Assembly: GCA_002189035.1 (NCBI GenBank)
Contig: NEEC01000077.1
Span: forward strand, 1 to 39,149
Direction: 5' to 3'
DNA from: Utricularia gibba
Taxonomy: Eukaryota > Plantae > Magnoliophyta
Length of the DNA: 39,149 bases
Shown here piece by piece: positions 11,888-23,371 of this stretch. The notes beneath the pieces are model-generated. The model had not been told where the DNA came from. It searched no databases and worked only from the letters and a program-made list of their open reading frames with translations. The translations under genes and the position numbers were made by a program. Numbering within the stretch: position 1 is the first letter of the stretch; the number at the start of each line of letters is the position of its first letter.

Positions 11888-13559
11888 GCTCCGCCGCGTC
11901 GCGCTGAAACCTCCATTGTGTGTACAGTGTGTGTGAATTCGAGGTTCCACTCCTCCTTAATCTTTCCTTTGCATGGATCATCCAAGTGGGTGGCTTTTGT
12001 ACAGTAATGAGCGCCTAATGAGAAGTAAATTGAACAATCTCGGGGGCATACTTGAAACCACCATACCTGCGTTCACCAGGCGTAACCAGTATCAGAATCG
12101 GAGCTCATTGTCACCTCTGCGCGAAGAAGACAATGGCGGTCGACTGCATCATCAACCAACGCGTTTTCACTTTGGGCATCGCTTGGAAGCGAAAGGCGGA
12201 GCGAAATCGACGGCTCGGCGACAGAGACGACAAATCCAACCGTTGAGATTCGGAGGTTTTAGTTAAGGACCATATTTTTAATTTTAGGATGTCTACATCA
12301 GTCCGGCGCACGTGCAAATCTCGTGACTCTCCTTCGTCCCCGTTTAAAGGAAACCCGACCCGTTTATTAAGCCCATTTAAAAACCAATTAACTAACTAAA
12401 GCCCGTTTAAAACATGAATTAAGTGACTAAAGGCCCATTTAATTAACTAATCTTGTGCGTACGCATATTCCTATTTTTATTAAAAATTAATAAAAATGTA
12501 ATAATTCACGCTGTCCAAATCATATAATTTCAAAGTTCGTTTCGAATCTATTCTTCTTGTTTGTTATTATTGCCATTGTGTACTTTGAATTCAAATCTCA
12601 ATTTATCTATTATCGTTGAAAAATATTAATTTATTTTTTCAAAATTAGGAAATTTTATAGATTTGTAATATGTGTTGACTTTTATGACCGTGAAATCTGA
12701 CTATTTTTTTATAATTCATTTTTTGTTCAATTTTTTTCCAAATATTCACAAGTTCAACTGGCTTGGTTTTATTAGATTATTTTTATTCAATAAATAATAA
12801 TGAATACTACTTGTTTGCATGGAAATATTTTATTTAAAATATACCTGTAAGAGAGTGTTTTGTTAATTGGAATGAGATAAAATATTTAATTTATTTTAAT
12901 TTATATAAATAAATATTTTTTAGATATTATTTAATTAGTAAGATAAAAAAAATTGAATTAAATGATGTTAAATAAAATAAAGAAGGCATAGTTTTAAATA
13001 ATTCCATATACATTGAATTAAAAAAATTACGTAATCCCAAATTTATTTTAATATATGAAATAAACATCATATAATTTGTAATCTTATATTTGTGTGGGTC
13101 CCAGATAGGAATAAGGCAATAAATTGACAATTGAAAAATAATATTCTTTGTTGTGGGGAGGAAACATCCTCGAATGCATGTGGAAGGTCACGCTGTGTGT
13201 GTGCAAGGGCATGTTACTCCTTAAGATCATGTGACTTTCCCTTGTCCTGATCCGACAAAACGCATCACCATTCAACACGCCTATCCATCTCTTGGAAGGA
13301 TTGTGATCTTCTTTTGTTGCCACAAGGAAACAAAACGGAGCTTTCTTTGTCTGTATGATTGATTCTCTTGCAACCACGTGTGAATTGGCATGAAAACAAG
13401 AACAGGGTAACCGCAGATATGTGAAAAAGAGCCAAGTTCACAGTACACAAGAATGGAAGAAGAAGCAGAAAGAAGCTATGGTTTTCTTCCCATCTCAGAA
13501 GCTGTTGCTGGAAAGACCAAAATACCTTCACAAGACATGCATCTTGTGTAATCTCATGC

Positions 13560-16020
13560 TCATGGGAAAACGCAGAGGATTTTATGTACAGGCGGCGGGA
13601 GGGATGAATCTGTCATCCTGAGGGAACCTCCCAGATCAGAAGGCACCAAGGGTATGAACGAGTGTAGCACATCTGTTATCAGCGGCCTGTAGCTTGGCTC
13701 CGGTTGAACGCAGAGCACGGCTATGGCTGCTACCTGGAAAAGATGCAGAGTTCATGAACTGGATTTATGAGCAGAAGAGAAGAGAAGAGATGGGTTTACT
13801 TGATACAAGTGCTTCAGGTCCATGGTGTTTCTGATGGAGGGATCCACCAAACTGGGGAGCTTTGATCTGTCTGTAAGCTGGGGCATTGCCTGTTTTCCAA
13901 GGGGGAGATCAGAATGAAGAGGGGAGACATGTAATGACACAAACAGACAGCTTACCCATTCGACTATGGATTGGCATCGTGATTCACCAACTTTCTCCAC
14001 TCGACTCCTTCCGATCAGGAGCTCCAGAAGAACCACACCAAACGCATACACATCACTCTTGTCAGTAAGCTTACCTGATAAGATGGATACACAGATTGAT
14101 TAGTGAATCATGTGCACAAGAGCTAATGACTTTTCACTTTGATGTCTTGGGCTCGACCAAAAAACATCAATTGTACAATGGTTTGTCTTTACACTAAGGC
14201 ATGGCTGCCACATGCAAGAACGAACATAATGCGCTATCCACTAATCAGAATGCTGTAGACACTGATTTCATGCTGAAGTTGAGTGATCTTACCATTGAGA
14301 AGGTACTCTGGGGCTACATACCCTGCCCTTCCTGAGAGCTTGATAGCTGCTTTGTTCGAGTTTCCTCCAGCTACTGCTAGACCAAAATCAGAAAGCTGGA
14401 CCATGACCAAAACATACAAAAAAAAATCACTGATACTGAAAGGATGAAATAACAAGAAAAAGCTACTGATGGGGTTCTATTAAAGCACCTTGGCATTGAA
14501 ATTGGAATCAAGCAGAATATTGGAGGATCTGAGGTTTCGGTGAATCACTAGAGGATCACAGCGCTCGTGCAGGTATTCAAGCCCTCTGAACAAGTATTCA
14601 TTAAGTTAACCGGCTCCAGGAAAAAAATCTTGAGATGTGAGTATCCTACCTAGCAACATCTAATGCGATTTTCATCCTCAAATGCCATGAAAATGATGAT
14701 CTTCGAAAAGGTCCTGATGCCAATGAACAAAAAAAAAATGAATACACCAGCAGCATCTCAACTATATGCATTCTCTTGACATTGAGAGCAAATTTGATAC
14801 CATGCAAATGGAACTCAAGAGAACCATTCTCCATCATTTCGTAAACAAGAAACCGTGCTTCTCCATATAAACAGTATCCCAAAAGGGACACTATGTTCTG
14901 ATGCTCAAGTCTGGTCAACCATTTGAGCTCATTCTGGGAGTATAGCAAGGAATTTAAAGTGAGCAATGCACATCATTTGAAAGCTTGAAGAATTATTCAG
15001 AACTCAAACCTCAAACTCTTTCTGGGCTTCCTGTCCATCACCAGCTATTTTCTTAACAGCAGCACTATAATCAGCGCTGAAATGAGCCTTATATACCCTC
15101 CCTGATCCACTCTCACTAATGACATTTGCTTCATTGAAATTGCTAGTAGCTGCAACTAACACCTGATAATCAATTGGACTAATCGAATCCTTCTTCCCAT
15201 TTGCTTTCAAATAACTGAACTTCTCCAAAATGGGACCGAAAGAAATGCTCTTTGCTGTGTCTGCGATTAATCGGACTTAATTCAATACACATACTAGAAA
15301 TGACGGCGGAGTTCTGTTGAAACATACCTGATTCTTGGTTTGAACTTTTCAGCTTTTTCAATCTGTATATGGAAAAACAAGACAACAGAAGCAGAATCCC
15401 ACCAAGAAGTGATGAAGAAACAACGAGGGCAATAAGTATTTTCTTGTTCAAATCCGGGTGGTGCACCACTTTGAGCACTGCAATCAATAATCGATCCAGA
15501 AGAAATGAATTCAGCATAAAGATGATTAATAAACAACAAACATACAAAAATGGGAGCACCCAGTAAAATATAAACAAAAAGAAAGAGAGAAAGTGAAAAA
15601 GTTAAACCACGTAAAGATAGCCATTCGTTTAAAAATTGCAATTTTCCCTAGAAGATAATTTCTGGAGAAAGCAAACAAGGTCAATGGGTCAATCATTGGA
15701 ATTTCATGTACATTCATCGATCCTGGGTTTCCGAAACTTGAAAAGAGATTGGCTAAAACTATCATACTTGAAGTGAGGCCAGAAGTTTTAGCACTTAAAA
15801 AAAGACTGAAGCAAGAAACTGAATGCAGTGTGAAACTACCTGGAGTACTAGCCACAACATCAGAAGCATTCTTATTAAATACAGGATCTTTTTCGGTCGG
15901 AAGAACAGGGTCGGAAACTGGGGGGTCAGGACTTAGTTGAACAGGAGCCGGAAACGAAAGAGAACCCAGAACCCAAGTGGGTACCAGCAACAAAAGCAGA
16001 AGCTTCACTTTCATTCTCAT
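13560..16020 (-). CDS. Receptor-like kinase with short ectodomain (At1g80640/At2g25220-like), 10 exons, predicted pseudokinase
   Basis: Phase-consistent exons 16020-15840, 15477-15328, 15260-15010, 14933-14801, 14713-14650, 14585-14489, 14395-14293, 14074-13956, 13889-13800, 13733-13560. Signal peptide ([18 protein letters not shown]), TM segment ([22 protein letters not shown]), [64 protein letters not shown]. Confidence 0.93.
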
Positions 16021-18304
16021 TCGCTCCAAAAAACAAAAAACAAATTTCTCGGGTAGAAAGAGAAGCTCCTGTTATTCCTTCCTCAGAAATTCAAATTCGA
16101 AATCGTGGTTTTAAGAGGCGGGGTGCGTGGTGAAATGCGGTGCCTGAAACTTTTGTTCCTTTGAATGCCTGGACAGCAGTTGTTTTTGCAGTAAATTGGT
16201 CTCGCTATTTTGCTGCAGTCTTTATGCCAACAGCGCGAGCGAGGACTGAAACAAGGTCAGGGAAAAGCAATAAGACCACCCCTTTTTCGATGGCCGTAAG
16301 AAGAAAGAAAGACAGGCAGGCAAATGCATCGAAATCAAAATCATGTGGCAGCCATTAAAGATGAAAGGCTCCCTTCCCCTTCCCTCCCTCCAGCTCTCTC
16401 AAGTACAAGTTCTTCCTAAACAGAATATATTAATTATATTAACGTTGCGTATTAAATGTCGAAATTTTAAATTTTAAAAAATAAAAAAATAGGGATTCAG
16501 TGACGATTCGAGCAATGCATTAATCCAAGTGATTATCACATAATTAAGTATTAATTCTGGACGTGTCGCCCACGCGCGGCCTCACCATGCCCGTGATGAG
16601 CGGCGCCTCTTTAGATCAGGTTTTTTAAATGAAGCTTCAATCGAGGGCTAATTAAGTCATTTCCTATATAAAATGATCAATTTCAGTATTAATTTTTTAA
16701 GAAAAAAAACTTATGTGTAACTATTTTTTTTTTAAATGGTATGTGGGCAAGTAAATTTAGGATTAGACCAGTTTCTAAGACACATGACATGTTCAACCAT
16801 TTTCAACCTTTCTTGAAACCACCTTACCTTTCTTTCTAAATTGGGCAACCTAGAGTAACTGCATCAAAAGGATTCTAAATTTGTGACATATTTCTAACTA
16901 AAAAAATTATATGAATTTAGACGAGTTTAAAATAGTGATTATAAATTATAGGATGTTTATTTCATAGACTTAAATAAAATTGTAATTTTTTAATTTCATA
17001 TATAAGAATTTATTTAAAGGCACGTTCCTTATTAGGTTACCTATTACGAATTGTTTTTATATTTAAAATACAATTCGAATCTCACTAACTAAACATTATA
17101 TGTAAAAAAAAGGCTAATCCCTCTGGATCAACCACTCACTAAGGGAAACTCCATCAATATCCCACATCGACTGAAAAATGGATGAAAATCTCCACACCAA
17201 CTTCAATTCAATGGTGAACTTTTCACCTCTTTCGATGAAGAAGTTGTAATGAAAATGTTTGATACAAATATTTTACTACTAGTATTTGGTGAAAAAGTGG
17301 TAACTATTCAAGATAAAATCGTAAAATATTATAGTATATAGAAAAATATGATGTGGATTAAAAATTATAATATAAGATAAGAAAAATAGTAAAAGATTAG
17401 AGATTGATATGATTTTCCCAAATCTCGTATAATCCATCCATCACGCATGTGTACCCTTTGTTTCTGGTTCGAGAGATATCTGTCTTTGGCAAGAAGAGTG
17501 GCATATCTGTAACTAAGTACTTGAGAGGGTCCCACACATTGGACACCTTCATCTCATGCCATAACGCCAACAACTAACTAACTTGGTGCTAGAGGGTGAT
17601 GAAACATATCATCATGGACCTATCTATGCCTAGGACACATTCATGTGCACACACAGCAGCCATACCATACCCAACCTGTGTGTCTTCTTGGCCTCTCCCT
17701 GTTTCCATGCTCAAGAACAGAGACAAGGATTTGGGAGGGAGAAGAATAGCGTCATCTCCAGCCCACTGTCTCTGCCCTGCCCTTTGGTTAATGCACCAAA
17801 CTCGGACCCGCATCGCGTCACACCTCCAGCACCTGCCTGCCTCTCTGTGATGTGTACGTAACAAGGAGAATGGATGATATTGTTCTTGGATATTTGGCAT
17901 TAACTGCTGCACCTTTTTTTTAATGTATTTATGTGAATTATTATTTCAAGTGGTCTGGCTTCAGTATTTAAATATGTTGAAGGTGGTCCATGTCTTTTTT
18001 TAACTGGAAAAGAATTTAAAATTTGCGTTTGTCCTATTTTTCGAAAAGAATTTTTTAAGAAATGATTATAATAAATTATTTATTCAATTTTTTAAAAAAA
18101 TTCAGAATTTCTAAATTGATGTCCCTTTTAAAGCAGAAATCGTTCGTTTTTTTATATCAGTAGAAATCATTTGTGTTGAATAATAAACTACTTTTGGAAC
18201 GTTTTTTTTTTTAATATAAGAACTTGAGATACAAAGAATTCATTTAGTAGAATGTTTTTTTTATTATAAGTGGAATTATCCAGAAAAAATTAGTTGAGGA
18301 CATA

Positions 18305-18603
18305 TGGGTGTGCTTTGGAAGAATTGTTATTTAAGGAGGAATTATTCATTAAATATTTTTATATAAAATCTTATAATTTAATTATTAAAATGCTCAGAAT
18401 ATACAATTGGAGAGATACTGTTTTGAAATAAAAAGAATAATATTGTATTTTATCATTATGTTATTAATTAATTCCATTTGATATATGAGCACTAACTTAT
18501 GTTTTAACATAAGTAATAAATAATATATTATTATCTAGTAAATGTGTGATTAACATATGTTATTCAACATAAAGTAATCTTTTGAATTCTACCAAACAAG
18601 CCA
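18305..18603. mobile_element. Degenerate Tourist/PIF-like MITE (about 300 bp)
   Basis: Left end TGGGTGTGCTTTGGAAGAATT; reverse complement of the right end TGGCTTGTTTGGTAGAATT; AT-rich interior; TAA follows the right end but the left flank is not a matching TSD. Confidence 0.4.
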
Positions 18604-19398
18604 TAATGTAGCAGATAAACATACCCCCAATCCATAATTCATTATGCTTCAATTAAATTGTTTTCCTTACTTCAGAAGCATAATTGAAGTTGAACATTTT
18701 CATGTGCAATAGTAGTTGATTTGAGCACCAACTCTCTTATCACATGGGCAGAGGCAAAGATCAACTTAACTCCATCCTTGTACTTCAGAGGCAAGAATCA
18801 AAAATCTCAAATATTAATTGATTTTTTTCTTAATTAAGAAGAACTATCCCTGCACTGCACATGGGTGGTTGATTTGAGCACCAAATGTCTTATTACATGT
18901 GGCACACTTTGGTTTGAATGTGTGATAATCCTCAATCCCATGACGTTAATAAATAAATTACATATTTATCCATATTTTTAATAATTATATTTTACAAATT
19001 GATAATTTGAAAATATCTTTTATATATCATTTGTATTATAAAAATATTATACGCTTGTTAAATTATAATTAACGTTATTGATTTAATTTAAATATATTTA
19101 TTTTAAAATTATAATTTAAAAATTAAAGGTAATTAAATTATTCATAAGTATATAATCATAATGTTAATTTTAGAACTATTTCTCGAAAATCATTTTTTAT
19201 AAAATATTGAAGTAATTCTGAAAAATTAATTATCATAAAATAGAATTTAATATACGCTTAAAAATATAATTATTTATATTTAGAATTATTTCAAGTATAG
19301 TTGATCATGATAGTTTCCAAATGTTGCTCAGATCTCATGTGATGTCATAAGAGAGTCGGTTGTTCTCCACCCATGGATCTCATGAACTGTCAAGAGTC

Positions 19399-19404
19399 TA
19401 TATA
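19399..19404 (+). promoter_or_regulatory. TATA box of TPS copy 1
   Basis: AGAGTC-TATATA is conserved with the copy 2 promoter (23901); 64 bp upstream of the ATG. Confidence 0.7.
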
Positions 19405-19462
19405 ATGTGATGCCTGTTCCAACATTCGAGCAATGCGAGCTCATACACTGAAAGAGGTTGAA

Positions 19463-21679
19463 ATGGCTTTGGGTATTGCAAGCAGTCTTCCTTTTGTATG
19501 CAATGCCAACGCCATGTCTCGCAGATGGTGTGCAGCAAAACCTACGCCTGTTATTCTGTGTAAATCTGGATGTTTTGATAATCAGGTTTCGATAGAGCGG
19601 CGGTCAGGAAATTTTAAGAAGACAAGATGGGAGTTTGATTACATTCAATCAGTGAACAGCGCGTTCCTGGTACGTCCCTACGACGGCTTGGTTTGGGTTT
19701 TGATAAGCAACAGATAGAACAAGTGTATTTTTTTTGGTTTTGCTTGAGTCATCTTCTTTTCTGCATGCATAATTTTGTCTTGATACAGGATGAGGAGCAC
19801 AGAGAGAGAGCAACAGAGCTTGAGGGTAAGATAAAGATTTTACTGAAGGATGTAGAGATGAGCAAGCTCAAGAAGCTGGAGTTGGTGGATACATTGCAAA
19901 ACCTGGGGATTTCCTACTTATTTGAAGCAGATATAATGAGAATAATGGAGTATGTACAGGAACACAGACATTGCAACAATGATGAGAGGGCTGAAAGAGA
20001 TTTGTACTCTACCTCCATTGAATTCAGATTGTTAAGACAACATGGGTTTCACATCTCTCCAGGTACTGAGTCAACTTGTCTTTCAATCCACGTTTTTCGT
20101 ATCTTGAATATGACAGGAAGTATTCTTTACAGAAGTATTTGATGCATTTATCAAGGAAAACGGTGAATTTGATCCACTCCTCAATGATGATACGAAAGGA
20201 TTGTTGGAGCTTTACGAGGCCTCCTTCTTGTCCTTCGATGGTGAAGAAACAATGGATCTTGCTAGAGAATTCGCCTCAGTTGCCCTACACAGCTATCTCA
20301 AAAAGGGTTGCTATAACCATGATGAGGCATCTTCTCTTCGTATTCAATATGCACTCCAGCGTCCATTACACTGGAGAGCTGATAGACCAAAGGCTAGATG
20401 GTTCATTGACTGGCATAAAAGAAACACAGATCAGAAGCATCCAGTGGTTCTTCAACTTGCAAAACTCAACTTCAACATTGTCCAGGCGCACTATCAGCAA
20501 GAACTCAAACATGTTGCAAGGCAATCACAAACTTTTCTTTTTCTCTTTTCTTGAAAAACACTTTACAGTGTTTCTATGCAGGTGGTGGGATGAAGCAGGT
20601 TTGGCTAAAAAGCTACCTTTTGCGAGGGATAGAGTTGTGGAGTGTTATATCATTGCTCATGGATCGCTTATTCAACCTCACCATCGATTTTTGAGGATAA
20701 TGAGTGCAAAACATTTTGCCATTGGCACAGCATTTGATGACATTTTCGATGTTTATGGAACACGTGAAGAACTGCAACTACTCCACAATGCCATCCAAAG
20801 GTCATTTTCGAATCATGATGTCTTGCCTGGCAACATGAAGAATTCAATTCTGATTGTCTATACTTGCAGTTGGGATATTGATGACATCAACAAGCTTCCT
20901 GGTTACATGAGAATCTGCTTTGATCAGATAGACTTCTTGATCAAAGAGATTGCAGAGCATGTTCAAAGAACGCAAGGCCTTGTTATCACTCCATTTCTCA
21001 GGAAAGCGGTGAGCATTGGCTGACATTGTAAGCTTTTAAAACATTAACGTTGATGGCCACTACGCTGCAGTGGGCAGACATATCCAACGCATTCATGCAA
21101 GAAGCCACATGGTACTTCAATGGTCAGTCTCCTTCCATGGAAGAGTACATGGAAAATGGATGGAGATCTAGCGGGATTACTCTGTTATTATCAACCGCCT
21201 TCATTCTCCTCGCAAATCCCATCAACGTTGAGGAGGTTGAAGCCTTTTTGTCATATGATGATGCCACAAGATACTCAGGGATTATCTCTCGCCTTGCAAA
21301 TGATCTTGCAACATCCTCGGTTCGTATGCAGTCTGCCCTTTTTGGGACACGCACACCTATCTAACCACAATGTTTTAATGTCTTTACATAGGACGAGATG
21401 AAACGAGGAGACGCTCCAAAATCACTGGAGACTTACATGCATGACACCGGAGCATCCATTGACGAAGCACAAGAGTACCTGAAGCTCCTGAGGTTGCAAG
21501 CATGGAAGAAGTTGAACAGGGAACTTGCAGATTCACGTTTCCCTGGGGAATTCATAAAGCTTGTGCTTGAACAGACGAGAATAGTTCTCTTTATGTATGC
21601 TGAAGGTGATGGCCTTGGAATGCAGGCTACTCCTACCACCAAGGCCTTCTCTCAACTTCTGTTTGAGCCCGTCGTCTAG
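19463..21679 (+). CDS. TPS: Terpene synthase, TPS-b (plastid monoterpene-synthase type), copy 1; 7 exons, 587 aa, intact
   Basis: Exons 19463-19669, 19789-20062, 20133-20520, 20582-20800, 20870-21008, 21071-21319, 21392-21679 (1764 nt, in frame). Transit-peptide-like N-terminus, RRX8W (RRSGNFKKTRW), RDR, DDxxD (DDIFD), NSE/DTE (RLANDLATSSDE), MYAEGDG. Intron 3 has a GC donor. Confidence 0.96.
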
Positions 21680-23325
21680 AGGTAAAGTATAAAGAATGCT
21701 ATTTGCATTGTTTCATCTTTCTTCCAATGATATTTGGAATAATTTCCTATTTTTTAAAAAAAGATTTCAAAAGTAATTTTTTTTATCAAATACGAATGAA
21801 TTATAATCTCATAAATCGAATCCTCGTGTACTCGAATGTGTTTTGAGTACATAGTTTTTAAATATTATTGTATGCTAACGAATCATATAGTTTTTATTTT
21901 TTAAAAAAACGTAATATTTTTGTTTTATACTTAGAACCTCACCTATTTGAAATGCATAGTTTCTAGATATGATTGGAGGGTAACCGTTGATTGTAAGGAT
22001 GAAAAGAATGTTACCAAAGTAGTAGTTAGCATCAGTATGGCCCTCTGCAAAATAAATGTTTGTAAAATAACTCTATTCTGTAATCCTTAGTAAAATAGTC
22101 CTGTTTTATTAAAATAGTTATTTTCCTCAATATTTATTTAATTCAATATATAAAGACATTAATTCATAAAGATAATCGATAAATATAATTATTTTTTATT
22201 TGATAGAAAATTTATTTTAAACTATAACTTTTTATTAAATATAAATAATAATTATGTATAATTCACCAAATAAGAGCATGGAATCATAACCTTCATAATA
22301 CACACGGAAAAGATGTAGGTTTTATAACTCTTATCATATGGCTTAAAGGGTTTGCAAAAATAAATGTATATTTATATTTTATTTATAGAAAGTATATTTT
22401 ACATTAATGTTTAACAAAATTATTTGATAAAAACATATTTATTAAATACATTTTTATTATAAAATCTCCATTATCCAAAATCATACTAATATATAAGATT
22501 AAATATTAATTTATTTGATAATTTATCATATAATGAAACCATCACAATAATATTAATTAAAAATTTATTTTATGAAAAGTAGAATAAAGCTTCTTAACTA
22601 ACAAGTAGACAAATAGGGACATTTTGATAATGTATCTAATATTGAGAGATGATTGAAATTTGGGTATTGTATTAGGGCTTACGGCATAAAATGTCCTCTC
22701 AATAAATGCTGCTGTGGGGGAGGTGCAAATGACCCAACCAACAATCTGGTTTACTAACCACGTAATTGTTTATAATAATTTATTATTTTTGAATCAATAT
22801 TTTAAAAACGGGTTAAACCTATTGAACCATTTAATTATGGTTTTGGGTTAAATTCTTTTTAAAATGAGTTGAACTGGGTTCATTAATTTTTAATTATATT
22901 TATAAATATATTAAAATATTATTGTAAAATCATATTTTAGATCATGTTTGGCAACTGGTATAAACAAGTATAAGCAATGATATATCTAATATTAAGATAC
23001 ATAATGCGTAATTGGTAATTGATATAATTTTTTTTGATATATTTATTTATCTTACTATAAGTATACATTTGTCCCATATGACGTAATTTCTTAAATTTAT
23101 CTTAATATTATAAATAAATTTATATCAAAATAATATATATCGATATAGCTATCAAATACGTATTTAATGTATCAAAATATTAACAATATATAAAATTAAA
23201 TATATATACATAAACAATTGATACAATTATATTAAAATTTTTTATATAAAATTATTTTAATCGTTTAATATCTCATTCAAATAATATATAATTCAAATAT
23301 AAATGTATATTTTTTTACCATCAAT

Positions 23326-23330
<5 letters not shown>

Positions 23331-23368
<38 letters not shown>
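23331..23368. repeat. (TA)19 microsatellite in the spacer between the TPS copies
   Basis: Direct reading of the sequence. Confidence 0.92.

Positions 23369-23371
<3 letters not shown>

Noticed and set aside
12111-12180. Minus-strand MPKVKT matching the start of BUD31/G10
   Set aside because: Similarity ends after six residues and the ORF stops at 22 codons.
16592-16600. C-box-like GTGATGA (snoRNA)
   Set aside because: No D box (CTGA) or terminal stem at a suitable distance.
17159-17169. Perfect plant snRNA upstream sequence element (ATCCCACATCG)
   Set aside because: No TATA box at the required spacing and no recognisable snRNA downstream; this motif is also common in plant repeats.
17761-17781. 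Resemblance to mature miR408
   Set aside because: Only 15 of 21 positions match, with mismatches at the 5' end, and there is no proper miRNA/miRNA* stem.
19433-19462. In-frame upstream ATG extending TPS1 by 10 aa
   Set aside because: It lies at about the expected TSS (about 30 nt after TATA) and is ACG in copy 2; 19463 is the shared start.
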